A stretch of 64,000 nt of DNA from Oscillospiraceae bacterium (GCA_015067705.1 SVLW01000010.1:2434-66433), one strand, 5' to 3'; positions 46,760-56,841 are shown, counted from the stretch's first letter. The notes: generated by a model from the sequence alone, not told the origin. Numbers and translations are program-made.

Positions 46760-48616
46760 TTAGTCCATCAGCGGAGCAGCCTCGCGGCCCATGGCAACCA
46801 AGTAACGGTTCAGGCGGGTCTGCATCACGTTATAGTATTCCTTGAGGCCCAGGTTATCCTTCATGTACTGCACCATGCCGTCGATCTCGTCCACAGTGTT
46901 GGTACCAACGATCAGATTGGTGGTCATCTCCAGGATATAGGTGGTCAGGTCAGCCTTGTACTGTGCCTGGATAGCGGCCTCTTCATCGGTGGAGAGGGTA
47001 CGATAGGAGTAATATGCGGCGGGGTGGTAATTCTCCTGGCCGAAGACCAGCAGATTCTCGAGAACCGTCTGAGTCGGGAGCTGGACATCCGGGCCGACGC
47101 CGAAGGCATCCTGCCATCCTTCTCTGGTGGTGAAGATCTCATAGTAGGGTTCGCCTGCTGCGAGGGCTTCTTCCACGTTGGCGTAGGTGACAACACGGAC
47201 GTCATGCACGTTGCCGTTTGCCGGGTTCGGCATGCCGTTGCCGTTTAAGAACATGGTACGCGGGGAAGCGTAGCCAACCTTGTCATCGCCCAGCGGATAA
47301 ACCGTCAGAGAGACACCGTCATCGTTCCAGTCATAGGCAACACCCTCGATACCGTACTCATACAGCATGAAGAATTCCTTGCTGTTGACGTAGTCCAGGA
47401 AGGATGCCGCGGCCTGGTAGTCACAGGCGGAGGAGAAGGAGAAGCCGTTATTGGCAGCCACAGACTCCTGCACCAGGAGACGGGGCTCTACGCCGTCCAC
47501 TGCCTGAATGATGGGCATGGGCTGGTAGAGAGAATCCGGATCGCCGGTGGGGGCATTCCAGATATAGTCCGGCATCATGTGGATGGCGGAGACATAGTCA
47601 CCGCCGACCAGCGGTGCGTAAGTGGCCCAGGGATGGCCACCCTCGATGGCAACCAACTGGTTGGAATAGACCTTGTTCATGAAGGTGACGAAGTCGTCAT
47701 AGCCCTCCGTCAGGAAGGAAAGCTCTACCTGACCGGTGGCGGGATCTTCCATGAATTCCTCCCACGGCAGACCGAACCACTGGCCGACGCCCTGGAGCTG
47801 CCAGGTGTTGCCGAGGCCGGTAACGATGCGCTCATCCGCGGCGCCGTTGCCGTTCACGTCCTCTGCCTGGAACTTTTCAATGGCCTGATAGAACTCATCC
47901 AGCGTGCCGGGCATGGAAAGACCCAGATCATCCAGCCAGTCCTGGCGGATGTTCATGGCGTAGGCACCATGCACCTGACCAGGTGCGCGCATATCATACT
48001 TGGAGTTGGAGAAGTCGATGGCCATACCAACGGAGTTGGCGCTGCGGACATGATACCAGTTGCCGTCAGCGGTCATGGCCCAAGACTTTAAGTACAGCAT
48101 GGCGTCCTCGTCGTTATAATATGCCTTGGAGGAGCCGTCGGAATACTCCAGCACGTCATCAAGAGGTGCCAGCATGCCGTTTGCGATCATCTGGTTAAAG
48201 GTGGTGTCATCCACAACGCCCTGTGCATTGAATGCATCCGGCAGGGAGTTGGAGGCGATGAGACCATTCAGCGTGGTAGCATATGCATCGCTGTAGACCG
48301 TCTCATACTGCCAGTCAACGCCATAGCTGTCGCGGAGCGTTGCCATCATCTGTTTCCAGGTTTCAAAATCCTTGGCCTCTTCCATGGGATGGGGCCACTG
48401 GGCGTTTTCGCTGCCCAGCCAGTGAATGGTGCGGAGCTCCTGCTCCTCCGGCTGATCAGCGACGTCCTCGTCCTTGGCGGAATCCGTGTCTTTCTTGTCT
48501 CCCACCTCAGTCTTGTCAGAAACATCGTCCTTTGCATCGTCCTTTGCACAGGCGCTGAAGATGGTCAGCAGCATCAAAAGTGCAAGAAGCAGGGCCAGAA
48601 ATTTCTTTGCGTTCAT
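46760..48616 (-). CDS. Large extracellular solute-binding lipoprotein (ABC family-1 SBP), paralog 1
   Basis: Lipobox 'IFSAC', D/K/E-rich linker and an SBP-like body. The C-terminal 'YYNVMQTRLNRYLVAMGREAAPLMD' is shared with paralogs 2-4. The ATG at 48616 has SD GAGGAGG. Confidence 0.82.
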   Translation of the reverse strand: MNAKKFLALLLALLMLLTIFSACAKDDAKDDVSDKTEVGDKKDTDSAKDEDVADQPEEQELRTIHWLGSENAQWPHPMEEAKDFETWKQMMATLRDSYGVDWQYETVYSDAYATTLNGLIASNSLPDAFNAQGVVDDTTFNQMIANGMLAPLDDVLEYSDGSSKAYYNDEDAMLYLKSWAMTADGNWYHVRSANSVGMAIDFSNSKYDMRAPGQVHGAYAMNIRQDWLDDLGLSMPGTLDEFYQAIEKFQAEDVNGNGAADERIVTGLGNTWQLQGVGQWFGLPWEEFMEDPATGQVELSFLTEGYDDFVTFMNKVYSNQLVAIEGGHPWATYAPLVGGDYVSAIHMMPDYIWNAPTGDPDSLYQPMPIIQAVDGVEPRLLVQESVAANNGFSFSSACDYQAAASFLDYVNSKEFFMLYEYGIEGVAYDWNDDGVSLTVYPLGDDKVGYASPRTMFLNGNGMPNPANGNVHDVRVVTYANVEEALAAGEPYYEIFTTREGWQDAFGVGPDVQLPTQTVLENLLVFGQENYHPAAYYSYRTLSTDEEAAIQAQYKADLTTYILEMTTNLIVGTNTVDEIDGMVQYMKDNLGLKEYYNVMQTRLNRYLVAMGREAAPLMD

Positions 48617-48918
48617 ATGATACCTCCTCTTTTTGTATCCAGTCATCCGATTACAGAATGAACACGTCTCTTCCAATCATTTCGGAACCATGACTGTTTC
48701 TGAGGTAATCATAACAGAAAAACAACACTCTCGTCAATCTTTTTGTTCTATCTGCACAAGAAATGCAGATGGTTTCCAAAACCCGTCATTCCGATAGGAA
48801 AATAATGGAAATTATCGCTGTTCTGTGCATTTGGAAAATTTTGGCAGTTATGTCATAGGATTTATGAAAATTCCCGCAGAATATGATGCAGTTTCACGCT
48901 GCGCGCGGGGGGATGACG

Positions 48919-48954
48919 CAAAATATCCCGGCCTGGAAACCCAGGCCGGGATAT
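48919..48954 (-). terminator. Intrinsic terminator after SBP2
   Basis: Stem ATATCCCGGCCTGG/CCAGGCCGGGATAT. On the minus strand it is followed by TTTTG. Confidence 0.65.
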
Positions 48955-48994
48955 TTGATCAATCTGCTATTTCACGCAATGGACGCGGATGAAA

Positions 48995-50872
48995 TCAGTC
49001 CATCAGCGGAGCTGCTTCGCGGCCAATGGCCTCGAGGTAGCGGTTGACGCGGGTCTGCATGACGTTGTAGTACTCAACGAGACCCAGGTTGTCCTTAGCG
49101 TGCTGAACCTTCTCGTCCAGGGTATCGGTGGTTTCGGTACCGACGACGATGTTGGTGCACAGCTCGACCAGGTAGGTCTTCAGGTCGGTCTCATACTTGG
49201 CGATGATCTCGGCCTCTTCGTTGGTAGCCATGGTGGTGTAGGAATAGTATGCAGTGGGATGATAGTTGTTCTCAGCCTCTGCAACGTAGATCAGCATCTG
49301 CTCAGCAGCGGAGATCAGATCCTCCGGGAAGCCGAGAGCAGCGCGCTGCTCCTGCCACATCTCGCGGGTCATGTTGTCCTGCTTGTAATAGGCTTCTTCC
49401 TCAACTGCCAGAGCTGCATCATCATAGACGATCTGCGGGACAGCCCACAGGTTGCCGTGGTGGCCGCCGTTGATCGGGAAGCAGTTATTGGAGCACCAGT
49501 AGGTCTGGGCAGCGCCGAAGCGCGGGAGTTCTTCCTCAGTCAGGGTGTAGGTGATCAGACCGGTCTTGTCCTCGTTCCAATCCCATGCAACGCCCTCGAT
49601 ACCATGCTTAAAGACCATGTAAACGTCCTGGTCAACCAGGAAGTCCATCATACGGCCAGCGGCAGCGTAGTCAACGTCAGTGGAGAAGGAGAAGCCGACG
49701 AATGCAGCCTGGGATTCCTGAACCAGCAGACGGCCTTCGATGCCCTCAACAGCGGAAACGATGGGCATGGGCATGTAGTAGCCGAGAGGCTCACCGGTGG
49801 ACCAGAACTGGAGGTTACCGGGCATCATACCCAGAGCAGCGATCTCGTTGGCACCGATCTCGGTGGCGCTGCCCCAAGGATGGTTACCCTCGATATACAC
49901 CATGTTGTTGTCATACAGGGTGTTCATGTATTCGCAGTACTCGGCAAAGCCGTCGGTCAGACAGGAAACTTCGATGACGCCGGTAGCCGGATCTTCAATG
50001 AAGTCGGTGTAGGGCAGGCCGTACCACTGGCCAACGCCGCAGGTCTGGAAGTTATTGCCGATCAGACCCATGTAACGCTCTTCCTTGGCGCCGGAGCCGT
50101 TGACGTCCTCGTTCTGGAAGGTCTCAAGAGCCTGATAGAACTCGTCGGTGTTGGTAGGCATTGCCAGGCCGCACTTATCCAGCCAGTCCTGACGGACGCA
50201 GACAGAGTAAGCGCCGTGGATCTGACCGTTTGCACGGGTCACATACTTATCGGTGGAGAAGTCGAAAGAGGAGCCGGTGGTATTGGGCAGCGGTACGTAG
50301 TACCAGTTGCCGTCCTCAACAGTAGCGAATGCCTTCAAGTAAAGGAGCTTGTCGCCGTCGTTATAGAAGACCTTTGCTGCGTCGGAGTACTCCAGGATCT
50401 CATCAACGGAAGCCAGGCCGCCGTTATTGATCAGCTGGTTCAGGGTGGTGTCGGTCAGCACTTCACGGGTATTGAACATATCCGGGAGCGTATCAGCGGC
50501 GATGAAGCCGTTGAGGGTGGTGAGGTATGCGTCGGAATAGATGATGGTATAGGTATAGTCGAGGTTATATTCCTCGGTGATGATGCGCATGAGCTCCATG
50601 TAGGTCTCATACTCGCCGGTAGCAGCCTCTTCACCGGTGGAGTGAGTGGTTGCGCCCTGAGAACCCATCCATTCGATGGCGAGCTTTTCGCTCTCATCGG
50701 GGATGTCAAGTTCTGCCTCATCGTCCTTCTTGTCTTCTGCCTTGTCGTCGGTCTTGTCGGTAGCGGCGGTGTCGTCCTTCTTGTCATCTTCCTTATCGGA
50801 AGCGCAAGCGGAGAACAGAGTCACCATCATCAAGACGGCCAGCAGCAGAGCCAGCAAACGCTTGAGATTCAT
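48995..50872 (-). CDS. Large solute-binding lipoprotein, paralog 2
   Basis: 'MNLKRLLALLLAVLMMVTLFSAC' lipoprotein signal. It is very similar to paralog 3 along its whole length. The start was set at the ATG at 50872, which has SD AGGAGG. Confidence 0.85.
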   Translation of the reverse strand: MNLKRLLALLLAVLMMVTLFSACASDKEDDKKDDTAATDKTDDKAEDKKDDEAELDIPDESEKLAIEWMGSQGATTHSTGEEAATGEYETYMELMRIITEEYNLDYTYTIIYSDAYLTTLNGFIAADTLPDMFNTREVLTDTTLNQLINNGGLASVDEILEYSDAAKVFYNDGDKLLYLKAFATVEDGNWYYVPLPNTTGSSFDFSTDKYVTRANGQIHGAYSVCVRQDWLDKCGLAMPTNTDEFYQALETFQNEDVNGSGAKEERYMGLIGNNFQTCGVGQWYGLPYTDFIEDPATGVIEVSCLTDGFAEYCEYMNTLYDNNMVYIEGNHPWGSATEIGANEIAALGMMPGNLQFWSTGEPLGYYMPMPIVSAVEGIEGRLLVQESQAAFVGFSFSTDVDYAAAGRMMDFLVDQDVYMVFKHGIEGVAWDWNEDKTGLITYTLTEEELPRFGAAQTYWCSNNCFPINGGHHGNLWAVPQIVYDDAALAVEEEAYYKQDNMTREMWQEQRAALGFPEDLISAAEQMLIYVAEAENNYHPTAYYSYTTMATNEEAEIIAKYETDLKTYLVELCTNIVVGTETTDTLDEKVQHAKDNLGLVEYYNVMQTRVNRYLEAIGREAAPLMD

Positions 50873-50949
50873 ACTGTTTCCTCCTTGTAAGGCATGATGG
50901 GAGAATTCCCATCTGATTTCGGATGCGGCAATACCCGCACCAACAGTAA

Positions 50950-50978
50950 CATAATAACATTTTCTTAACAGAATTGCA
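50950..50978 (-). promoter_or_regulatory. Promoter of SBP2
   Basis: On the minus strand, TTGCAA-17 nt-TATTAT. Confidence 0.45.
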
Positions 50979-51106
50979 ATATTTTGAGAAACAATTCTCC
51001 GGATTCTGCTCTGCATTTCCCAATATCTCCCATTTTTCGCGGATTCATTGACGTTCATTCATATTTAATTCACATTTTAGGAAGCACTTTCCCATGTAAA
51101 ACGCAT

Positions 51107-51141
51107 GAAAAAGCCCGGCATACCGAAACGGTATGCCGGGC
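51107..51141 (-). terminator. Intrinsic terminator after SBP3
   Basis: Stem GCCCGGCATACCG/CGGTATGCCGGGC. On the minus strand it is followed by TTTTTC. Confidence 0.8.
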
Positions 51142-51180
51142 GATTTTCAACGATTTGTCAAATCAGCAAATGGTACGAAA

Positions 51181-53049
51181 TTAGTCCATCAGCGGAGCTG
51201 CTTCGCGGCCGATGGCCTCGAGGTAGCGGTTGACACGAGTCTGCATGACATTGTAGTACTCCTTCAGGCCCAGGTTGTCCAGAGCATGCTGAACATCCTC
51301 GTCCAGAGTATCAACAGTCTTGGTACCAACAACGATGTTGGTGCACAGCTCGACCAGGTAGGTCTTCAGGTCGGTCTCGTAGGTAGCGATGATCTCAGCT
51401 TCCTCGTTGGTAGCCATGGTGGTGTAGGAGTAGTATGCAGTGGGATGATAGGTCTGATCAGCAGCAACATACTTCAGCATCTGCTCAGCACCAGCCTCGA
51501 CGTTCTCGAAGCCCAGCTGTGCACGGATGTCCTTCCACTCCTGACGAGTGAGGTTATCCTGCTTGAAGTAAGCTTCTTCGTCAACAGCCTTCTGTGCATC
51601 ATCATAGACGATCTGCGGGACAGCCCACAGGTTGCCGTGATGGCCGCCGTTGATGGGGAAGCAGTTATTGGACATCCAGTAGGTCTGAGCGGCGCCCAGG
51701 CGCGGCAGCTCTTCCTCGGTCAGAGTGTAGGTCACGATACCGGACTTATCCTCGTTCCAGTCCCAAGCCTTGCCTTCGATACCGTGCTTGAAGATCATGA
51801 AGACGTCCTGATCAACCAGGAAGTCCATCATGCGGCCAGCGGCAGCGTAGTCACACTCGGTGGAGAAGGAGAAGCCGACGAATGCAGCCTGAGACTCCTG
51901 AACCAGCAGACGGCCCTCGATACCCTCGACAGCGTGGACGATGGGCATGGGCATGTAGTAACCAGCGGGATCGCCGGTGTTCCAGAACTGCAGGTTACCG
52001 GGCATCATACCCAGAGCAGCAACAACGTTAGCACCGATCTCGGTAGCCATGCCCCAGGGATGGGAACCCTCGATGTAAACCATGTTGTTGTTATAAAGAG
52101 TGTTCATGTATTCGCAGAATTCTGCATAACCATCGGTCAGGCAGGAGACTTCCAGGACGCCGGTAGCGGGATCCTCAACGAAGTCGGTGTAGGGCAGACC
52201 AAACCACTGGCCAACGCCGGAGGTCTGGAAGTCAGAACCCAGGAGACCAACGTAACGCTCTTCCTTAGCGCCGGTGCCGTTCACGTCCTCGTTCTGGAAG
52301 GTTTCGATGGCCTGATAGAACTCGTCAGTGTTGGTCGGCATAGCCAGGCCGCACTTGTCGAGCCAGTCCTGACGGACGCAGACAGAGTAAGCGCCGTGGA
52401 TCTGACCGTTTGCACGAGTCACATACTTATCAGTGGAGAAGTCGAAAGAAGAGCCGGTGGTGTTGGGCAGCGGTACGTAGTACCAGTTGCCGTCCTCAAC
52501 AGTAGCGAAAGCCTTCAGGTACAGAAGAGCATCGCCATCGTTGTAGAAGCTCTTGGCAGCGTCGGAATACTCCAGGATCTCATCAACGGAAGCCAGGCGG
52601 CCGTTGTTGATCAGCTGGTTCAGGGTGGTGTCAGTCAGCATCTCACGGGTACGGAACATATCCGGGAGAGTGTCAGCGGCGATGAAGCCGTTGAGGGTGG
52701 TGAGGTAAGCGTCATCATAAATGATGGTGTAGGAATAGTCGAGGTTGTAACGATTCTCGATGATGTCCATGAGAGCCATGTAGGTCTCATACTCGCCGGT
52801 AGCAGCCTCTTCACCGGTAGAGTGAGTGGTTGCACCCTGAGAACCCATCCACTCGATGGCGAGCTTTTCGGTCTCATCGGGCTTGTCAACTTCAGTTTCG
52901 TCCTTCTTGTCCTCTGCCTTGTCGTCGGTCTTGTCGGTGGCAGCAGTGTCATCCTTCTTGTCGTCTTCCTTATCGGAAGCGCAAGCGGAGAACAGCGTGA
53001 CCATCATCAGAACAGCAAGCAGCAGAGCCAGCAAACGCTTGAGATTCAT
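51181..53049 (-). CDS. Large solute-binding lipoprotein, paralog 3
   Basis: The signal/lipobox and the first 50 aa are identical to paralog 2. The start was set at the ATG at 53049, which has SD AGGAGG. Confidence 0.85.
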   Translation of the reverse strand: MNLKRLLALLLAVLMMVTLFSACASDKEDDKKDDTAATDKTDDKAEDKKDETEVDKPDETEKLAIEWMGSQGATTHSTGEEAATGEYETYMALMDIIENRYNLDYSYTIIYDDAYLTTLNGFIAADTLPDMFRTREMLTDTTLNQLINNGRLASVDEILEYSDAAKSFYNDGDALLYLKAFATVEDGNWYYVPLPNTTGSSFDFSTDKYVTRANGQIHGAYSVCVRQDWLDKCGLAMPTNTDEFYQAIETFQNEDVNGTGAKEERYVGLLGSDFQTSGVGQWFGLPYTDFVEDPATGVLEVSCLTDGYAEFCEYMNTLYNNNMVYIEGSHPWGMATEIGANVVAALGMMPGNLQFWNTGDPAGYYMPMPIVHAVEGIEGRLLVQESQAAFVGFSFSTECDYAAAGRMMDFLVDQDVFMIFKHGIEGKAWDWNEDKSGIVTYTLTEEELPRLGAAQTYWMSNNCFPINGGHHGNLWAVPQIVYDDAQKAVDEEAYFKQDNLTRQEWKDIRAQLGFENVEAGAEQMLKYVAADQTYHPTAYYSYTTMATNEEAEIIATYETDLKTYLVELCTNIVVGTKTVDTLDEDVQHALDNLGLKEYYNVMQTRVNRYLEAIGREAAPLMD

Positions 53050-53130
53050 GCTAGGTTCCTCCTTGTGTTTTTGCGGTTTTCCCGCATTCATAATACTATG
53101 TTCATTTGTTATTCACAAACGAACGACGCT

Positions 53131-53159
53131 ATTATACCAAACCCGCCGCCGGTTTTCAA
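53131..53159 (-). promoter_or_regulatory. Promoter of SBP3
   Basis: On the minus strand, TTGAAA-17 nt-TATAAT. Confidence 0.55.
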
Positions 53160-53329
53160 CCAAATATTCGCGTATATTTGTTAATGAACGGATGTTCCAA
53201 TTTTCCGCTTTTAACGCACTCTTTTAGGAAGAGCAAGCATCCAGAAACGAATAAGCATACAGAAATATCTCATATTATTTCGTCTTATTCATAGATTTCA
53301 CGCAAATTTTACAAATTTTTCCAAATTTG

Positions 53330-53370
53330 GAAGAAAGAAATACCCGGCATACCGAAACGGTATGCCGGGC
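53330..53370 (-). terminator. Intrinsic terminator after SBP4
   Basis: It has the same CCCGGCATACCG/CGGTATGCCGGG stem as the SBP3 terminator, with a T-rich tail on the minus strand. Confidence 0.75.
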
Positions 53371-53406
53371 GAATATCAGGTTGTCAAGTCTGCTGTCGGG
53401 ACGGAA

Positions 53407-55278
53407 TTAGTCCATCAGCGGAGCTGCTTCGCGGCCGATGGCCTCGAGGTAGCGGTTGACACGAGTCTGCATGACGTTGTAGTACTCAACGAGACCCAGC
53501 TTATCCTTGGCGTGCTGAATGTCGTCCTCGAGGGTATCGATGGACTTGGTGCCAACGACGATGTTGGTGCACAGCTCGACCAGGTAGGTCTTAAGGTCAG
53601 TCTCGTACTTAGCGATGATGTCAGCTTCCTCATTGGTAGCCATGGTGGTGTAGGAGTAGTATGCGGTCGGGCGGTATGCGTTCTTGGCGTCTGCGACGTA
53701 GTAGAGCATCTGCTCGGAAGCGTCGATCAGATCAGCTGCGAAGCCCAGAGCAGCGCGCTGCTCCTGCCACTCGGCACGAGTCTTGTTCTCCTGCTTGTAC
53801 ATAGCTTCTTCTTCGATGGCCAGTTCTGCATCATCATAGACCAGCTGCGGGACGCCCCAAACGTTGCCGTGGTGGCCGCCGTTGATCGGGAAGCAGTTAT
53901 TGGAGCACCAGTAGGTCAGAGCGGGGCCGAAGCGCGGGAGCTCTTCCTCAGTCAGTTCGTACATGACGATACCGGACTTGTCCTCGTTCCAATCCCAAGC
54001 AGTGCCTTCGATACCGTACTTGAAGATCATGAAGACGTCCTGATCCACCAGGAAGTCCATCATGCGGCCGGCAGCGGCGTAGTCGCACTCGGTGGAGAAG
54101 GAGAAGCCGACGAATGCAGCCTGAGACTCCTGAACCAGGAGGCGCGGCTCGATGCCGTCAACAGCCTGCACGATGGGCATGGGCATGTAATAGCCCTGCG
54201 GATCGCCGGTGTTCCAGAACTGGAGGTTCTGCGGCATCATACCGATAGCAGCAACGTTGTTAGCACCGATCTCGGTAGCATTGCCCCAGGGATGAGTACC
54301 CTCGATGTAAACCATGTTGTTTTCGTACAGCATGTTCATGTAATCGCAGTACTCTGCGAAGCCGTCGGTCAGGCAGGCAACCTCAACAACGCCGGTAGCG
54401 GGATCCTCGACGAAGTCGGTGTAGGGCAGACCGAACCACTGGCCAACACCAGAGGTCTGGAAGTCGGAACCCAACAGGCCGATGTAACGCTCTTCAGCAG
54501 CGCCGGAACCGTTGACGTCCTCAGCCTGGAAGGTAGCCAGAGTCTGATAGAACTCGTCAGCGGTGGTGGGCATAGCAAGGCCGCACTTGTCCAGCCAGTC
54601 CTGACGGACGCAGACAGAGTAAGCGCCGTGGAGCTGACCGTTTGCACGGGTCTTGTACTTATCGGTGGAGTAGTCGAAGGAGGAACCGGTGGTGTTGGGC
54701 AGCGGTACGTAGTACCAGTTGCCGTCCTCAACGGTAGCGAAAGCCTTCAGGTACAGCAGCTTGTCGTTATCGTTATAGAGGGACTTAGCAGCATCGGAAT
54801 ACTCCAGGACCTCGTCCACGTTGGCCAGACGACCGTTGTTGATCAGCTGGTTCAGAGTGGTGTCAGTCAGGATCTCACGGGTACGGAACATATCCGGGAG
54901 AGTGTCGGCGGCGATGAAGCCGTTCAGGGTGGTCAGGTAAGCATCATCATAGATGATGGTGTACTGATAGTCCAGGTTATAGCGGTTGGTAACCAGGTCG
55001 AGCATAGCCATATAGGTCTCGTACTCGCCGGTAGCAGCCTCTTCACCGGTGGAGAAGCTGGTAGCGCCCTGGGAACCCATCCACTCCAGCGGGAGCTTCT
55101 CGGTCTCGTCAGGCTTGTCAACAGCTTCATCCTTCTTGTCCTCTGCCTTGTCGTCGGTCTTGTCGGTGGCAGCGGTGTCGTCCTTCTTGCCCTCATCCTT
55201 ATCGGAAGAGCAAGCGGCAAACAGCGTCACCATCATCAGAACGGCAAGCAGCAGAGCAAGCAGTCGCTTGAGATTCAT
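53407..55278 (-). CDS. Large solute-binding lipoprotein, paralog 4
   Basis: Lipobox 'LFAAC', a D/K-rich linker, and high similarity to paralogs 2 and 3. Confidence 0.85.
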   Translation of the reverse strand: MNLKRLLALLLAVLMMVTLFAACSSDKDEGKKDDTAATDKTDDKAEDKKDEAVDKPDETEKLPLEWMGSQGATSFSTGEEAATGEYETYMAMLDLVTNRYNLDYQYTIIYDDAYLTTLNGFIAADTLPDMFRTREILTDTTLNQLINNGRLANVDEVLEYSDAAKSLYNDNDKLLYLKAFATVEDGNWYYVPLPNTTGSSFDYSTDKYKTRANGQLHGAYSVCVRQDWLDKCGLAMPTTADEFYQTLATFQAEDVNGSGAAEERYIGLLGSDFQTSGVGQWFGLPYTDFVEDPATGVVEVACLTDGFAEYCDYMNMLYENNMVYIEGTHPWGNATEIGANNVAAIGMMPQNLQFWNTGDPQGYYMPMPIVQAVDGIEPRLLVQESQAAFVGFSFSTECDYAAAGRMMDFLVDQDVFMIFKYGIEGTAWDWNEDKSGIVMYELTEEELPRFGPALTYWCSNNCFPINGGHHGNVWGVPQLVYDDAELAIEEEAMYKQENKTRAEWQEQRAALGFAADLIDASEQMLYYVADAKNAYRPTAYYSYTTMATNEEADIIAKYETDLKTYLVELCTNIVVGTKSIDTLEDDIQHAKDKLGLVEYYNVMQTRVNRYLEAIGREAAPLMD

Positions 55279-55356
55279 ACTGTTTCCTCCTTGTGATGTG
55301 TCAGATCACAGCGATCTGACCTTCTTTTTCGTTCGCTTCTTTCCGCGAACAAAGAT

Positions 55357-55385
55357 ATTATACAACTGTTAATTCTCAGAATCAA
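55357..55385 (-). promoter_or_regulatory. Promoter of SBP4
   Basis: On the minus strand, TTGATT-17 nt-TATAAT, followed by a structured 5' UTR. Confidence 0.55.
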
Positions 55386-55552
55386 CAGAATCTCCGCCTC
55401 CCCGGAAGAACGTGGAACTCAGTTCCGTCAAAACCGGAATTCGATTTCGTAGTGTGAAAATATGAGCATGTTTCAGGGCATGAAAATGTAAATTAGATGT
55501 GAATATATGGAGATTAATTACTAGATATTTCCAATACTTGGAAAACATTTCC

Positions 55553-55592
55553 ATAAAAATCCGCCTTCTTTTTCCGAAGAAAGAGAAGGCGG
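55553..55592 (-). terminator. Intrinsic terminator after the SDR gene
   Basis: Stem CCGCCTTCT(T/C)TTT/AAAGAGAAGGCGG. On the minus strand it is followed by ATTTTTAT. Confidence 0.7.
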
Positions 55593-55607
55593 AAAAAAGG
55601 GAGGCGG

Positions 55608-56507
55608 TCAATGCTGATAATCGCCGTATTTCTTGGTGAGGTATTCCTGGAACTCGTCCCGCTGGCGGAGGTAATCCTCGTAGGAGACATAGTCCTTTGC
55701 GATGTCCTGGACGTCATAGGCGTCAAAGAGATCGGCAAGATGCTCCGCGCCGCCCACGATGGAGAGGCCGCCGTCCACGCGGATCACCTGACCGGTGATA
55801 TAGGAGGCCTTATCGGAGACTAAGAAGGACACCACGTCGCCCATGTCCTCGGCATAGCCGTTGCGACGCAGGGGGATGAACTTGGGGGAATTCTTATAGA
55901 AGGGGTTCAGTTCTTCGTCCTCGGCCTTGGGGCTGCGGACATTGGTGACGCCGGGGGAGAAGCCGTTGACGCGGATGCCGTAGCGGCCCAGGTCAATGGC
56001 GAAGGAGGCGATGGAGCGGTTCAGCGCCGCTTTCAGGCCGCCGTAGATACCGTCGGTGGAATGCGGGGCAAAGCTGCGGATGGAGGTGTTGAAGATGATA
56101 TTGCCGGGGATTCCCTCCTCGATGAAGTACTTGGCCGCCTCACTGGCGCCCAGGATCATACCCCGGTAATTGAGGTAATACATCCCGTCCATCACGTCGG
56201 TGTTGATCTCCGTCAGACGCTCCATGCGGGTGTGGCCGGCGCTGTTCACGTCCACGTCCAGACGGCCCAGCTTCTCAACGGTCTCCCGCACCAGGCGGCG
56301 GGGCACATCCGCGTCGGCGGTGTCGCCCTGCAGCAGGCAGGTGCGTACGCCCATGGCCTCGATCTCGGCCTGGACCGCATGGGCCTTTTCCGGGGAGCGG
56401 TTATAGTGGATGGCGATGTCATAGCCGTCCCGGGCCAGCGCCCGGGCGATGGCTGCGCCGATGCCGGAAGAAGAACCCGTAACCAGCGCGACTTTTCCGT
56501 TTCTCAT
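55608..56507 (-). CDS. SDR family oxidoreductase with an acidic/aromatic C-terminal extension
   Basis: 'VTGSSSGIG' cofactor motif and catalytic 'YGGLKAA' (YxxxK). Confidence 0.85.
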   Translation of the reverse strand: MRNGKVALVTGSSSGIGAAIARALARDGYDIAIHYNRSPEKAHAVQAEIEAMGVRTCLLQGDTADADVPRRLVRETVEKLGRLDVDVNSAGHTRMERLTEINTDVMDGMYYLNYRGMILGASEAAKYFIEEGIPGNIIFNTSIRSFAPHSTDGIYGGLKAALNRSIASFAIDLGRYGIRVNGFSPGVTNVRSPKAEDEELNPFYKNSPKFIPLRRNGYAEDMGDVVSFLVSDKASYITGQVIRVDGGLSIVGGAEHLADLFDAYDVQDIAKDYVSYEDYLRQRDEFQEYLTKKYGDYQH

Positions 56508-56841
56508 ATCGAATGTCTCCTCTCATGGGATCATTTGCCGGTCAGACGATGCTGTGCCGGGCTCCTTACATTCATTATAGTCCCCGGGACGGCAAAACGC
56601 AACGGACATTCCGGAATGCGCGGGAATTGCGGAAATATTCGCAGGATCACTGCCCCGGGCGACCGCTTTCCCTGTGATCCGGCGGCGGATTCTTTTTCTG
56701 TTTTTTCCGGAAACTTGCTTGAAAAATTAACAATCCCGGCGTATAATGAATTTGTATGGTCGCCCGGGGGCAGCGAATTTTTCTGCTTTTGCCTGTCGGC
56801 GGCCGAAATCGTTCTGAAACCAAGCGGAAGGAGGTATCGCT

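Noticed and set aside
50740-50830. D/K-rich repetitive coding stretches at the 5' ends of the solute-binding-protein genes, considered as tandem or CRISPR-like repeats
   Set aside because: They are in-frame low-complexity linkers following the lipobox. There are no regular repeat-spacer units, and no CRISPR architecture exists anywhere in the window.
48989-55296. Three 633-683-aa plus-strand ORFs (48989-50890, 51133-53184, 53362-55296)
   Set aside because: Each mirrors a solute-binding-protein gene on the opposite strand for its full length. The translations are repetitive V/G/D/L-rich strings. The solute-binding-protein frames have signal peptides, lipoboxes, SDs, promoters and terminators.
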